Positions 30,379-39,484 of a DNA stretch of 64,000 nt are shown piece after piece. Origin of the DNA: Planctomycetota bacterium (GTDB taxonomy: Bacteria; Planctomycetota; GCA-002687715; CAIWVZ01); the NCBI GenBank assembly GCA_044222185.1, contig JBGANV010000003.1, forward strand, positions 128,001 through 192,000, written 5' to 3'. Made by a program: the position numbers and the translations under genes. Under the pieces are notes generated by a model. The model was not told where the DNA came from. It did no database searches and saw nothing but the letters and a program-made list of their open reading frames with translations. How positions within the stretch are numbered: position 1 is the first letter of the stretch; each line of letters starts with the position of its first letter.

Positions 30379-32475
30379 ATGCGAAACCACTCTGTCCTCT
30401 CGACCGCATTTGCCCTCGCCGCGACGGCGTCGATCCTCGTCGGTCAATCCACCGGCCCGGACGTCATCGTCGGTGACCTTTCGGGCATCGGCAACTACGG
30501 CACGGCGAACAGCATCGCCGCGTTCTCCGTCGGCACGACCTCCTGCAACATCGGCAACACGCCGCTGAAGTGGATCTCGAACACGAACGAGCACCCGGTC
30601 ATCGGCCAGAACATGTACCGGGTCAAGAACGGCCGCCTCGAGCAGATCGGCATGTCCTGGCTGAAACATGGGTTCACCGCACTTGCGCAGAGCCTCTGCC
30701 AGTCCTGCAACAACCCGGGAACGGGCACGCTCCTCGGCGTCGGCTGCTCCGACCCCTACGTGTCGAGCCTCAACGGAACTCAGTCGGGACTCGGTCCCCG
30801 TTTCGAGGTGAACCCGTTCACGGGCGCCTACAAATACCCGTTCACGAGCCCGGCGATCACCAGCACGGTGATCGATCGACGCCTCCGCGTGAACGTCGCC
30901 GACCTCGACCCGGCGCAGAACGCGGGCGCCCAGTACTTCGTCGAAGGTCAGTACGTCACGCCGGACGATGCGGCAGCCGGGAACAACTTCAACAACGCGT
31001 CGTACCGTCCGTGCAGCATCACGCAGTCGGGCGCCACGACCTACAACGGCACGGTGACGGGTTCGACCGTCCGCATGCAGCCGGCGATCATGGCGTGGGC
31101 CGCCGTGGATCCGACCGTCACGGTCACCACGTACGACATGCCGGGTGACGGCCGCTTCAACATCGCCAAGAAGGTGACGTCCCTCGGTGGCGGAATGACG
31201 CGGTACACCTACGCCGTACACAACCTGAACTGCGATCGCGCGGCGCGCAGCTTCGCCGTCGACGTCACGGGCGCATCGGTGATCACGAACCTCTACTTCC
31301 ACGACGTGCCGTACCACAGCGGCGAGCCGTTCGACGGCACCGACTGGACGGCGACGACCTCGTCCGACTCGGTCCGCTGGGAAACCGTCTCATCGTCGGT
31401 GAACTACAACGCGAACGCGCTCCGCTGGGGCACGACGTACACGTTCGAGTTCGAGACGGACGGAGTCGCCGGCGCCACGGCGATCGAGCCGTTCAAGTGC
31501 TTCAACGACCCGGCGACGGCAGCGCAGGGCGCCTACACGCTCGACACGAACGCCCCGTACACGTTCGTCGACATCTCGGCGATCGGAACGAACGGCCCGA
31601 GCGGCGACAACGTCAGCCTCCTGCTGTCGACGCCGTTCCCGATCCCGTTCTTCAACGGCACGCTCACGACGGTCCGGATCTCGACGAACGGGTACATCAC
31701 GACGAGCGGCCAGTCCGGAACGGTCTCGAACAACGCGACGATCCCGAGCACGTCGAATCCGAACACGGTCATCGCGCCGTTCTGGGATGACCTCACGGCA
31801 ACCGCCGGGGCGATCAAGTACGCCACCGTCGGCACGGCACCGAACCGCCGATTCGTGGTTCATTGGAACGGCGTCACGGTGAACGCCGCCGCCGCGGCGC
31901 CAGAGAGCTTCGAGTGCATCATCGAGGAGAACGGATCGATCTGGTTCACGACTGTTTCCACGAGCACGGGCGGAATCGGCGCCACGCGCGGCATCGAAGA
32001 CCAGACGGGTGCGAACGGCATCCTCGGTTCATTCAACCAGGCGACGGCCGTCGCGGGCACGAGCTGGAAGCTCACCCGTTCGAACTTCTATCCGCCGACG
32101 GCACGGCTGACGCGCACCGGTGACGGCTCCGCCGGCAACGCACTGGCGTTGACGGTGATCGGCCAGGCGTCGAAGCCGGTCGTGATCACGGCCGGCACGC
32201 TCCTCGGACCGACGTTCGCGCCGCCCTACGGCCGCCTCGAGCTGAACTACGCGGATCCGTCGTCGTTCGTCGTGCTGGCGGACGGTGTCGGCATGACCGG
32301 CGCCGCCGATCCGAACGCCGTCACGTCGAGTGGCTGCGACTACACGTTCAGCGCCGTCCTGCCGGTTGCAGTCCCGTCGCTGCTCACGGTGTACTTCGAG
32401 GCCATCGTCTTCGATGGAAACGCCCCGGGTGGCTACTGGTGGCGTTCGAACGTCGCCCAGGTCACGGGACTCTGA
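30379..32475 (+). CDS. Secreted protein: unnamed Cys-containing N-terminal domain, NIDO-like domain and the shared C-terminal module
   Basis: Signal peptide; GPDVIVGDL...GTTSCNIG...HPVIGQNMYR...SWLKHGF; ISTNGYI and IAPFWDDL (NIDO-like); C-terminus ...TVYFEAIVFDGNAPGGYWWRSNVAQVTGL. Confidence 0.82.
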   Translation: MRNHSVLSTAFALAATASILVGQSTGPDVIVGDLSGIGNYGTANSIAAFSVGTTSCNIGNTPLKWISNTNEHPVIGQNMYRVKNGRLEQIGMSWLKHGFTALAQSLCQSCNNPGTGTLLGVGCSDPYVSSLNGTQSGLGPRFEVNPFTGAYKYPFTSPAITSTVIDRRLRVNVADLDPAQNAGAQYFVEGQYVTPDDAAAGNNFNNASYRPCSITQSGATTYNGTVTGSTVRMQPAIMAWAAVDPTVTVTTYDMPGDGRFNIAKKVTSLGGGMTRYTYAVHNLNCDRAARSFAVDVTGASVITNLYFHDVPYHSGEPFDGTDWTATTSSDSVRWETVSSSVNYNANALRWGTTYTFEFETDGVAGATAIEPFKCFNDPATAAQGAYTLDTNAPYTFVDISAIGTNGPSGDNVSLLLSTPFPIPFFNGTLTTVRISTNGYITTSGQSGTVSNNATIPSTSNPNTVIAPFWDDLTATAGAIKYATVGTAPNRRFVVHWNGVTVNAAAAAPESFECIIEENGSIWFTTVSTSTGGIGATRGIEDQTGANGILGSFNQATAVAGTSWKLTRSNFYPPTARLTRTGDGSAGNALALTVIGQASKPVVITAGTLLGPTFAPPYGRLELNYADPSSFVVLADGVGMTGAADPNAVTSSGCDYTFSAVLPVAVPSLLTVYFEAIVFDGNAPGGYWWRSNVAQVTGL

Positions 32476-32518
32476 TCGGCGCATAGGACGATCCGCCGAC
32501 ACGGATCACCTCGCCAGA

Positions 32519-32557
32519 ACGCGGCGGCCATCGGTCACGGTGGCTGCCGCGTCTTTC
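32519..32557 (+). terminator. Probable intrinsic terminator hairpin
   Basis: ACGCGGCGGCCATCG-GTCA-CGGTGGCTGCCGCGT stem (with G-U pairs) followed by CTTTC, about 45 bp after the stop at 32475. Confidence 0.55.
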
Positions 32558-32595
32558 GTCGTGGAGGACCGGAACGGGACGAGAGACAATCGCCC

Positions 32596-33180
32596 ATGAC
32601 GCGACCCGACGCCTTGCTCTTCGACGCGTGGATGCGGAGGTCCTTCGACCAGTGGGTCGGCCCGATCTCGCCGGAACGACGGGCCGAATACGACTCGACC
32701 GTGACCGCGGTCGCGGCAGCGATGACGTCGCGCGGTGACCGGTTCTGGTGCGAGATCCCGCGCGCGATCCAGAAGACGTTCGGTCCGCGCGGCTTCGCCT
32801 GGAACGGCATCTACCGTGTCTCGGCGCGAACGCTGGAGCTCGTCGCTGCCGCAGGCCCACCAGTCTGTACCGCGCTGCCCCTCGCCGGGGGACCGGGCTC
32901 GTCGGGCATGTGCTGGGATGGCGTCCTCATGAACCAGACGCTCGTCGCTGGCGACGTGAAACGGTGGCCCGGCTACGTGTCCTGCGACGGTGAGAGCGGC
33001 CTGCGAACGGTTGCAGGCCTCGTCTGTCCGATCCGCGAAAGCGGCGGCCGGCCGATCGCCGTGTGGGACCTGGACAGCACGCGCCCGCTCGCGCCCGAGG
33101 ATCCCCTGTTCTTCGACCGGCTGTTCGCGACGCTTTCGATCGCTGCGGAACCGGTTGCGAACGACCTCGAGCCTCATTGA
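32596..33180 (+). CDS. msrC: GAF-domain protein, free methionine-R-sulfoxide reductase (MsrC/YebR)-like
   Basis: WNGIY, GPPVC, GMCW, GDVKRWPGYVSCD and VWDLDS match the three-Cys layout of fRMsr. Confidence 0.7.
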   Translation: MTRPDALLFDAWMRRSFDQWVGPISPERRAEYDSTVTAVAAAMTSRGDRFWCEIPRAIQKTFGPRGFAWNGIYRVSARTLELVAAAGPPVCTALPLAGGPGSSGMCWDGVLMNQTLVAGDVKRWPGYVSCDGESGLRTVAGLVCPIRESGGRPIAVWDLDSTRPLAPEDPLFFDRLFATLSIAAEPVANDLEPH

Positions 33181-33249
33181 GGTGGAATCCGGCTCGGAGC
33201 GGCAGGCGCGCCCGCCGCACGGCTACCATGCGCCCCTGGAGAGCCTTGG

Positions 33250-33798
33250 ATGACCGATTACCGACTTGCGACGAAACGCGTCTATGAGGGCCGGGTCCTG
33301 AAGGTCGACCTCGACCTTGTGAGCCTCCCGAACGGCAAGCAGACGAATCTGGAGATGATCCGACACCCGGGAGCCTCGGCGGTCGTGCCCCTCTTCCCCG
33401 ATGGCCGCGTGCGACTCATCCGCCAGTTCCGCTACGCCGCCGAGGCGTTCATCCTGGAGGTCCCGGCGGGCAAGCTCGACCCGGGGGAAACTCCCGCACG
33501 GTGCGCCGCACGCGAGGTCGAGGAGGAAGCCGGAGTGCGCGCCGGTCGATTACACTCGCTCGGCTTCATCTTCACGACGCCGGGGTTCACGGACGAGCGG
33601 ATCCACCTCTTCGCGGCAACGGGGCTCACTCCCGTCGAACGTCACCTCGACGACGACGAGGTGATCGACACGGTCGACATGACGCTTTCGGAAGCCTTGC
33701 GACTGGCGCGCACCGGCGGGATCCAGGACTCGAAGTCGTTGTGCGCGCTGTGGCGGACGGAGCAGGAGCTGGCCGCGGGAGCGATCACCCTCGCATGA
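33250..33798 (+). CDS. nudF: NUDIX hydrolase, ADP-ribose pyrophosphatase-like
   Basis: Motifs HPGASAVVP, RQFRY, Nudix box EVPAGKLDPGETPARCAAREVEEEAG, TPGFTDE and IQDSKS. Confidence 0.85.
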   Translation: MTDYRLATKRVYEGRVLKVDLDLVSLPNGKQTNLEMIRHPGASAVVPLFPDGRVRLIRQFRYAAEAFILEVPAGKLDPGETPARCAAREVEEEAGVRAGRLHSLGFIFTTPGFTDERIHLFAATGLTPVERHLDDDEVIDTVDMTLSEALRLARTGGIQDSKSLCALWRTEQELAAGAITLA

Positions 33799-35090
33799 AG
33801 TTCGCCCTCGTCGCCGCATTCGTGGCGATCGTTCCCTGCGCGGCACAGAAGGCCTCGAAGGCGCCCGAACCCAAGTGGATCGCGATCGAGCGCGACGCGC
33901 TGGCCGGCATCCAGAAGCTGTGGGTCGATCTCGCCCAGGCCGCCAACGAGCAGCGCGATGCCGGGATCGCGAGCCGAGCCATCGCCGCGGCGAAGGACGC
34001 CGGCGTCGACGAGAAACGGCTGGCCGCGCTGCAGGCGAGGTCAGCGACGGCCGCCGACTCGCGCCCGAGTGCGACGGCGCTCGCCCGGGAGAAGCTCGTC
34101 CGAAAGCAGGCCGCGGACCGATTCGAGAGGCTCGCGCCAACCGAGTGCGACGCGGCCGCCGAGGAGCACTTCGAGCAGCACCTGTGGCGCGCGTTCGACC
34201 TGGATGCCTCGAGTCCGTCGAGGCTCGTGGCGTTCCAGTCCATGCTCCGCGACGCCGCTGCCAGGCATCGATGGGATCGCGTGCAGCGCATGCTCGTTCG
34301 CGCGGAGACGCTGGACCCGGCCGGGTTCGATGCAGGACGGTACGCCGCCGTCGGCGACCAACTCGGGCTGGAGGACGCCGTTCGCATCCACGCCATCGCG
34401 CATCCCATGCAGGCGTGGGTTGCGCTTCCCAGGGGCTGGACGAAGGCGAAGTCCTGGCCAGTGGTCGTCGCCGTGGAGGGCGCCGGTTGCAACTTCCTCG
34501 GGGCGTGCAGGGCATTCCGGGGCGCGCGCGCCGACCTCCCCTTCATCATCGTGACGCCCGTGAGTTTCACGAACACGAACGAACTCAACCCGGCGGCCTA
34601 CCCCTATCCGCCGTCCGTCATCGAGGCGAACAAGGATCGGAGCGCGCGCTTCGACTTCGACGTTCCCGGGCTCACGGCCACACTCGCGGCGGTTACGGCG
34701 CGCTTCAACGGCGAGCGGACGTTCTACATGACCGGGTTCTCGGGAGGCGGATTCCTCACCTACTACTGGCTCCTGCACCGCGGCGACGATCTACGGGCCG
34801 CGGCCCCGGCCTGCGCCAACTTCGATCCCGCGCTGGCTCAGGCCGTCGCGGCGCCGAAGGATCTGGCGCTGCCGATCCACGTGTTCGAGGGTGAGAAGGA
34901 CGAGAACCGACGGCTCGTCCTCGGCAAGTACTCGCCCGGTCTGGACGAGCAGAATGATTCGGCCGCGCGAGCGCTGTCCGACCTCGGAATGACGAAGATC
35001 GAGCGCACGCGCCTTCCGGGCGTGGGGCACAGCTCCTGTCCCGCCGAGGTGATGAAGTTCTTCGAGTCCGTGCGAACGCGCCGGCCCTGA
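33795..35090 (+). CDS. Secreted alpha/beta-hydrolase with an N-terminal helical domain
   Basis: ATGA overlap with the upstream gene, signal peptide, nucleophile elbow GFSGGG, acidic GEKD and C-terminal His (GVGH). Confidence 0.78.
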   Translation: MKFALVAAFVAIVPCAAQKASKAPEPKWIAIERDALAGIQKLWVDLAQAANEQRDAGIASRAIAAAKDAGVDEKRLAALQARSATAADSRPSATALAREKLVRKQAADRFERLAPTECDAAAEEHFEQHLWRAFDLDASSPSRLVAFQSMLRDAAARHRWDRVQRMLVRAETLDPAGFDAGRYAAVGDQLGLEDAVRIHAIAHPMQAWVALPRGWTKAKSWPVVVAVEGAGCNFLGACRAFRGARADLPFIIVTPVSFTNTNELNPAAYPYPPSVIEANKDRSARFDFDVPGLTATLAAVTARFNGERTFYMTGFSGGGFLTYYWLLHRGDDLRAAAPACANFDPALAQAVAAPKDLALPIHVFEGEKDENRRLVLGKYSPGLDEQNDSAARALSDLGMTKIERTRLPGVGHSSCPAEVMKFFESVRTRRP

Positions 35091-35109
35091 TGGGCGCCGG
35101 CTCGGCCGG

Positions 35110-36849
35110 TCAGAGTATGTCCTTCATCTCGTCGACGGCTTCACTGCGCAGATCGTAGTTCGAATCGATCGCGACGCGCGGCAGGTCCGACCAGGGCGTG
35201 CGGCGGCCCAGGTTCCCGAGGGCGACGACCGCGTAGGCGCGGGACAGATGCTGCTGGTGATCGTCGTCGACGATCTTGATCAACGCATCGAGGACGGCGG
35301 GGTCGCCCAGCCGCCCGAGCGCGGTCGCCGCCGACCCCTTGATGACGTTCGATCCGCCGTCGCTGATGAGTTTCACCAACTGATCACGCGCCGCCTGATC
35401 GCCGATGCAGCCGAGAGCGAACGCCGAGCCGCAAAGGAGGTCCGCCGACTTGCTGTCGTTCTGCAGCTTGATGAGCACCGGTGCCGCCGTGCGATCCCGA
35501 AGCAGCGCGAAGTACCACATGGTGTGCGCCGTGACCTCCGGCGAACGTCCCTGCTTCACCAGGTCGAGCATCATGGGGAGCGAAGCCTTGTCCTGCAGCA
35601 ACCCCAGCGACACCGCCAGTGCACCGCGAAGCGAGTCGTCCGAGCCCGACTCGAACTCCTTGCGAAGGGCCGGAGCCACGTCCGTCGCGCCCGCGATGCC
35701 GAGCGCCAGCGCGACGAATGCGCGGTCCTGCTTCTCCTGGTTCTCGTAGCGGGTCTTCAGCGCCTTGATCGCCGTCGGCCCACCGACGCGGCCGAGCGCG
35801 ATCGTCGCCATGCGGCGCGCGAACAAATCGCCGTCCGATGCGGCCATCTGGGCGAGCACGCTGACGTTCTTGGCGTCGTCCTTGGCGAGGATCCGCCCCG
35901 CCGCGATGGCCGCGGATGCACGGACGTCCGCTCGCGGATCCGCGAGGGTCTTCATCACGAAGGGAAGCGACCCCGGATCCCGAACCTTCGCGATCGCGAC
36001 CGTGCCGAAGGCCACGTCGAAACGGTCCAGCGTCGTCGCCTCGCCCAAGGCGCGCTGGAGCAGCGATGCGACCATGGCGCCGCGATCCTTCGTTCCGTCG
36101 CGGCGGTCGGCCCCGGCCCAAAGGCCGGCGCCGATCCACCGAGCCGACTCGATCGGCGCGAAGCCTGCCTGGCTTGCGAGGGACGCCTTCGCCGACCCAT
36201 GTCCGAGCCCGTCGAGGAGCAGGCCGCGCGCCGCCTCACCGCCGGAGAACCCCAACGCGATGGCGGCCATGCCGCGCTCGCGCACGTTGCGCTCGGTCGT
36301 GTTGAAGATGTTCACGAGCGTCGCCTCGCCCTTCGCCTCGCGGAGGAGTCCGAGCCCGACGATCGCGGCCTCCGTGACGTTGCGGTCGTGATCGGCAACC
36401 GCACGCACGATCGCGTCCAGATCGTTGCCATCACCGGCCTTGCCCAGGGCGATGGCGGCGCTCGCGCGGACCTCGAAGTTCTTGTCCTTCAGCGCGCGCA
36501 TGAGCACGGGAATGAGTTTGCGGCGAACGTCCTCGCGCGTCATGGGAACGGCGGCAGCCATGGCGCCACCGTCGGACGCCGTGGCGGTCGCCCCCGGCAC
36601 GAGGAAGTCCTCCCGGTTCATGGCCCACCAGCACTCCCACCGCGCCGGGTCGAACGTGGGACCGTTCTGCGAGAACGCCGGGACGCCAGTCTTGGGAATG
36701 CGGGGGCCGTTTCGATCGGGACGACGCGCCGGCGGAATGTCCACGCTTCCCGGGCCCGCGTACTGACCACCATGCGCCTCGGCAACGGGTGCCATGAGAC
36801 CGAACAGGACGACCACCAGGGCAACGACGACGACATGGAGATGTTTCAC
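35110..36849 (-). CDS. Exported HEAT-repeat protein
   Basis: Signal peptide (AEA-HGGQY), WECWWAMNR motif, then many HEAT repeats (VRASAAIALG). Confidence 0.85.
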   Translation of the reverse strand: MKHLHVVVVALVVVLFGLMAPVAEAHGGQYAGPGSVDIPPARRPDRNGPRIPKTGVPAFSQNGPTFDPARWECWWAMNREDFLVPGATATASDGGAMAAAVPMTREDVRRKLIPVLMRALKDKNFEVRASAAIALGKAGDGNDLDAIVRAVADHDRNVTEAAIVGLGLLREAKGEATLVNIFNTTERNVRERGMAAIALGFSGGEAARGLLLDGLGHGSAKASLASQAGFAPIESARWIGAGLWAGADRRDGTKDRGAMVASLLQRALGEATTLDRFDVAFGTVAIAKVRDPGSLPFVMKTLADPRADVRASAAIAAGRILAKDDAKNVSVLAQMAASDGDLFARRMATIALGRVGGPTAIKALKTRYENQEKQDRAFVALALGIAGATDVAPALRKEFESGSDDSLRGALAVSLGLLQDKASLPMMLDLVKQGRSPEVTAHTMWYFALLRDRTAAPVLIKLQNDSKSADLLCGSAFALGCIGDQAARDQLVKLISDGGSNVIKGSAATALGRLGDPAVLDALIKIVDDDHQQHLSRAYAVVALGNLGRRTPWSDLPRVAIDSNYDLRSEAVDEMKDIL

Positions 36850-37076
36850 CGCGTGGACTCCCGTGCGATTCCGCTCGCAACTGTTGGTGATTCCTACGTG
36901 ATCGCAGGCTCATCGTGAACCCCGCCATGCCTGGGCCCTCGGGATGGACCCCTGCCGGACGGTCGCACGCCCCGGTCAACCGCAAACGACGGGCCGACTG
37001 TCGCCCCCGGGCGCCCGCGGGAATCTTTGTCCGCTCCGTCTCGTCGATCGGGGACCGAACGCAACGGAGCCGAACC

Positions 37077-39437
37077 ATGCGACGTGTCGTCTTCCTCAGC
37101 GGCCGATCGATCTGGCCAGCACTCGCCCTCGCCGTGTCCTTCTTCGGCGGCGCAGCGACCGCTCAGCGGGACACGGGCCCGGAGACACCCGAACCCCGTT
37201 TTGCCGACCGCGTGCTGTTCTTCGAGCCCGACTACCTGCGCGGCCGTGTATCGACCGATCCTGATTGGACGGCTCCGTCGGCGGCTTTGGGACCCCCGAC
37301 CCAGTCCGTCGGCGGGTACGTCGCGCTCGGGGGCGGGGGGCGCCTCGCGGTCGGGTTCACGAGGGTGTGGATTGCGTGCAGCGGCGACGGGCGGCCGGAT
37401 CTCACGATCTCCAAGGCACGCGACAGAAAAGCCTGCGACGTTTTCGTGAAACCCGCCGACCGATCGACGGAGAGCGCATTGATCGCCGCCGAGTACCTGG
37501 GCGACGCCGCCGGGTGGTTTCGCGTCGGCAGGGCCGCCGACGAGGTTGAACCCTTCGACCTGGACTCCTGCTTCACGCGAGCCGCAGGGTGCAGTCTTCG
37601 ATTCCGCGGTGTGCGCCTCGACGACGCCAACCCGAGGGATGGAGACGCGCTCGCGGGCGCGGCCATCGACGCCGTCGCCGCGTTGAGCTGGGTCGAGGCC
37701 GAGCATCAACTCGATTCCGCCGAAGCCTCGCTTCGCGTGTTCGGCGAGTCCGACGACACGTGGCCACGGGCGATCGAGGTCAACGTCAACGAAGCGCGCA
37801 GGCTCCACGTCGAGGTGCGCGCCGCGCCCTTCACGCCGTTCATGATCCTCTTCTCGCCGGCGGGGCTCGTCGAGCATGCCGGCCTGCCAATGGACGGAGG
37901 CATCGTCGACCTCGACCCGCGGGACGGAATCCGCGTCATCCTCGACGGGATCCATCGTTCGGGCGGAACGCGCTTCGACCCGGACGCCGTAACGGACGAA
38001 TTCGGTACGTGGTCGTTCAGCGTCCCATTGCCCGAGATCGACCCGTCGTCGGTGACCGACCCGAGGGCTCACCTCGGCGCCATCCAGGTCGCCGTCCGGG
38101 ACCCCCTGCGGCCACGATCGGTGATCCTCACGGGCGCGGCGGACATGACGCTCGTCGCGGCCCGCCCACGCGCGGGGATCTTCGTCGCGCGCCTCGACGA
38201 CGTGGACCGCGCCGACGGTTCGCCGCAGCGGCCGTTCCCCAGCGTCACGGAGGGTCTGGCCGCCGCCCGGGCGTCCCACGCAACGCAGTTGTGGGTCGCG
38301 GCTGGCGTCTATCACGAGAGCCCCGTGTTCCCCGACGGCGTCTCGGTGCACGGCGGACTCAACCCGGAGGACTGGCACCCGGTCGCCGGGGCGTGGTCGA
38401 CATTCGCCGTGGGCTCCGTTCCCGCCCAGGTCGAACGCTGCACCATGCCGACGCTCGTCGAGTGGCTCGAGTTCTTCGCGGAGACGCCCATTCGCCCCGG
38501 TCGCAATTCGACGGCGCTCGAGATCAACCAGTCGACGCCTGCGCTCGAGTTCCGCGACTGCCGTTTCTTCGCCGACCGCGGTGCCGACGGCGCTGACGGC
38601 GTCGTACGCCCCGATGTCCCCGGCTCCTTCGGGGGCGACGGTGGCCGTGGCGGGAGTCGACTGAACGAAGCGGGACACCGCGGCCTGAGCGGCGAACTCG
38701 GTGCGACGGGCGGCGCGGGTGGTGCGGCGTCGGCGATGGGAAGTGGTTCTCCAGGTCATGACGGGTCGGCCGGTGCGCTCGTTCGCCCCGGGCGCAACGG
38801 CGAACGCGCACCCGACGGAACACTCTCCGAGACCGGGTGGATCACCGGCGCGGGCGGCGACGGCACGGATGGCGACGCGGGACGCGGCGGCGGTGGTGGC
38901 GGAGGTGGCGGCGCTGGGGCCGCGCCCGGGCCGCGCAACCGCCGCATCACCGTGCCCGGCGGCGCGGGCGGGGCCGGCGGTCGCGGAGGCGACGGTGGCG
39001 GCGCCGGCATCGGAGGCCTCGGCGGCGGCGGTTCGTTCGCAGTGACGCTGATCAACGCAAGCCCGGTGTTCTGCGGCTGCACGTTCCGTGCGCAGCGCGG
39101 CGGCGCGGGTGGGGCCGGCGCCGACGGTCACCCGGGGACGGACGGATTCGCGGGAATCGCCGGCGTCCCAGGCGCGTCCTTCGGTGGCGTCACGGGTGGC
39201 ACGGGCGGAGCGGGCGGTCGCGGCACCCGAGGCGGTGCCGGTGGCGGCGGAGGGGGTGGCAACGGTGGCCCGAGCTACTGCGTGCTTCGAGCTGGAATCA
39301 GCATTCCGACGCTGATCCGCTGCGGGAATCACTTCGTGACGGACTTCGGCGGCGCAGGCGGCCGCGGCGGCACGCACGGGTCGGGCTTGAGCACCGCTCC
39401 CGCGGGCGTCGACGGCGTCGCGGCATCGACCAACTGA
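37077..39437 (+). CDS. Secreted modular surface protein with an internal copy of the shared module, a DUF1565-like segment and a Gly-rich (PGRS-like) C-terminus
   Basis: ATG after GGAG, signal peptide ATA-Q, ALGPP/VALGGGG surface domain, DGSPQRPFPSVTEGL...AAGVY, and GGAGGxGG repeats at about 38575-39434. Confidence 0.78.
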   Translation: MRRVVFLSGRSIWPALALAVSFFGGAATAQRDTGPETPEPRFADRVLFFEPDYLRGRVSTDPDWTAPSAALGPPTQSVGGYVALGGGGRLAVGFTRVWIACSGDGRPDLTISKARDRKACDVFVKPADRSTESALIAAEYLGDAAGWFRVGRAADEVEPFDLDSCFTRAAGCSLRFRGVRLDDANPRDGDALAGAAIDAVAALSWVEAEHQLDSAEASLRVFGESDDTWPRAIEVNVNEARRLHVEVRAAPFTPFMILFSPAGLVEHAGLPMDGGIVDLDPRDGIRVILDGIHRSGGTRFDPDAVTDEFGTWSFSVPLPEIDPSSVTDPRAHLGAIQVAVRDPLRPRSVILTGAADMTLVAARPRAGIFVARLDDVDRADGSPQRPFPSVTEGLAAARASHATQLWVAAGVYHESPVFPDGVSVHGGLNPEDWHPVAGAWSTFAVGSVPAQVERCTMPTLVEWLEFFAETPIRPGRNSTALEINQSTPALEFRDCRFFADRGADGADGVVRPDVPGSFGGDGGRGGSRLNEAGHRGLSGELGATGGAGGAASAMGSGSPGHDGSAGALVRPGRNGERAPDGTLSETGWITGAGGDGTDGDAGRGGGGGGGGGAGAAPGPRNRRITVPGGAGGAGGRGGDGGGAGIGGLGGGGSFAVTLINASPVFCGCTFRAQRGGAGGAGADGHPGTDGFAGIAGVPGASFGGVTGGTGGAGGRGTRGGAGGGGGGGNGGPSYCVLRAGISIPTLIRCGNHFVTDFGGAGGRGGTHGSGLSTAPAGVDGVAASTN

Positions 39438-39484
39438 CCGTCGCGTCCGATCGGGGCGCAAACGCCGTGGTACGCTCGCCCACC

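Noticed and set aside
38575-39434. Mycobacterial PE-PGRS / type VII secretion substrate
   Set aside because: There is no PE domain, and the protein has a Sec-type signal peptide. The similarity is compositional only.
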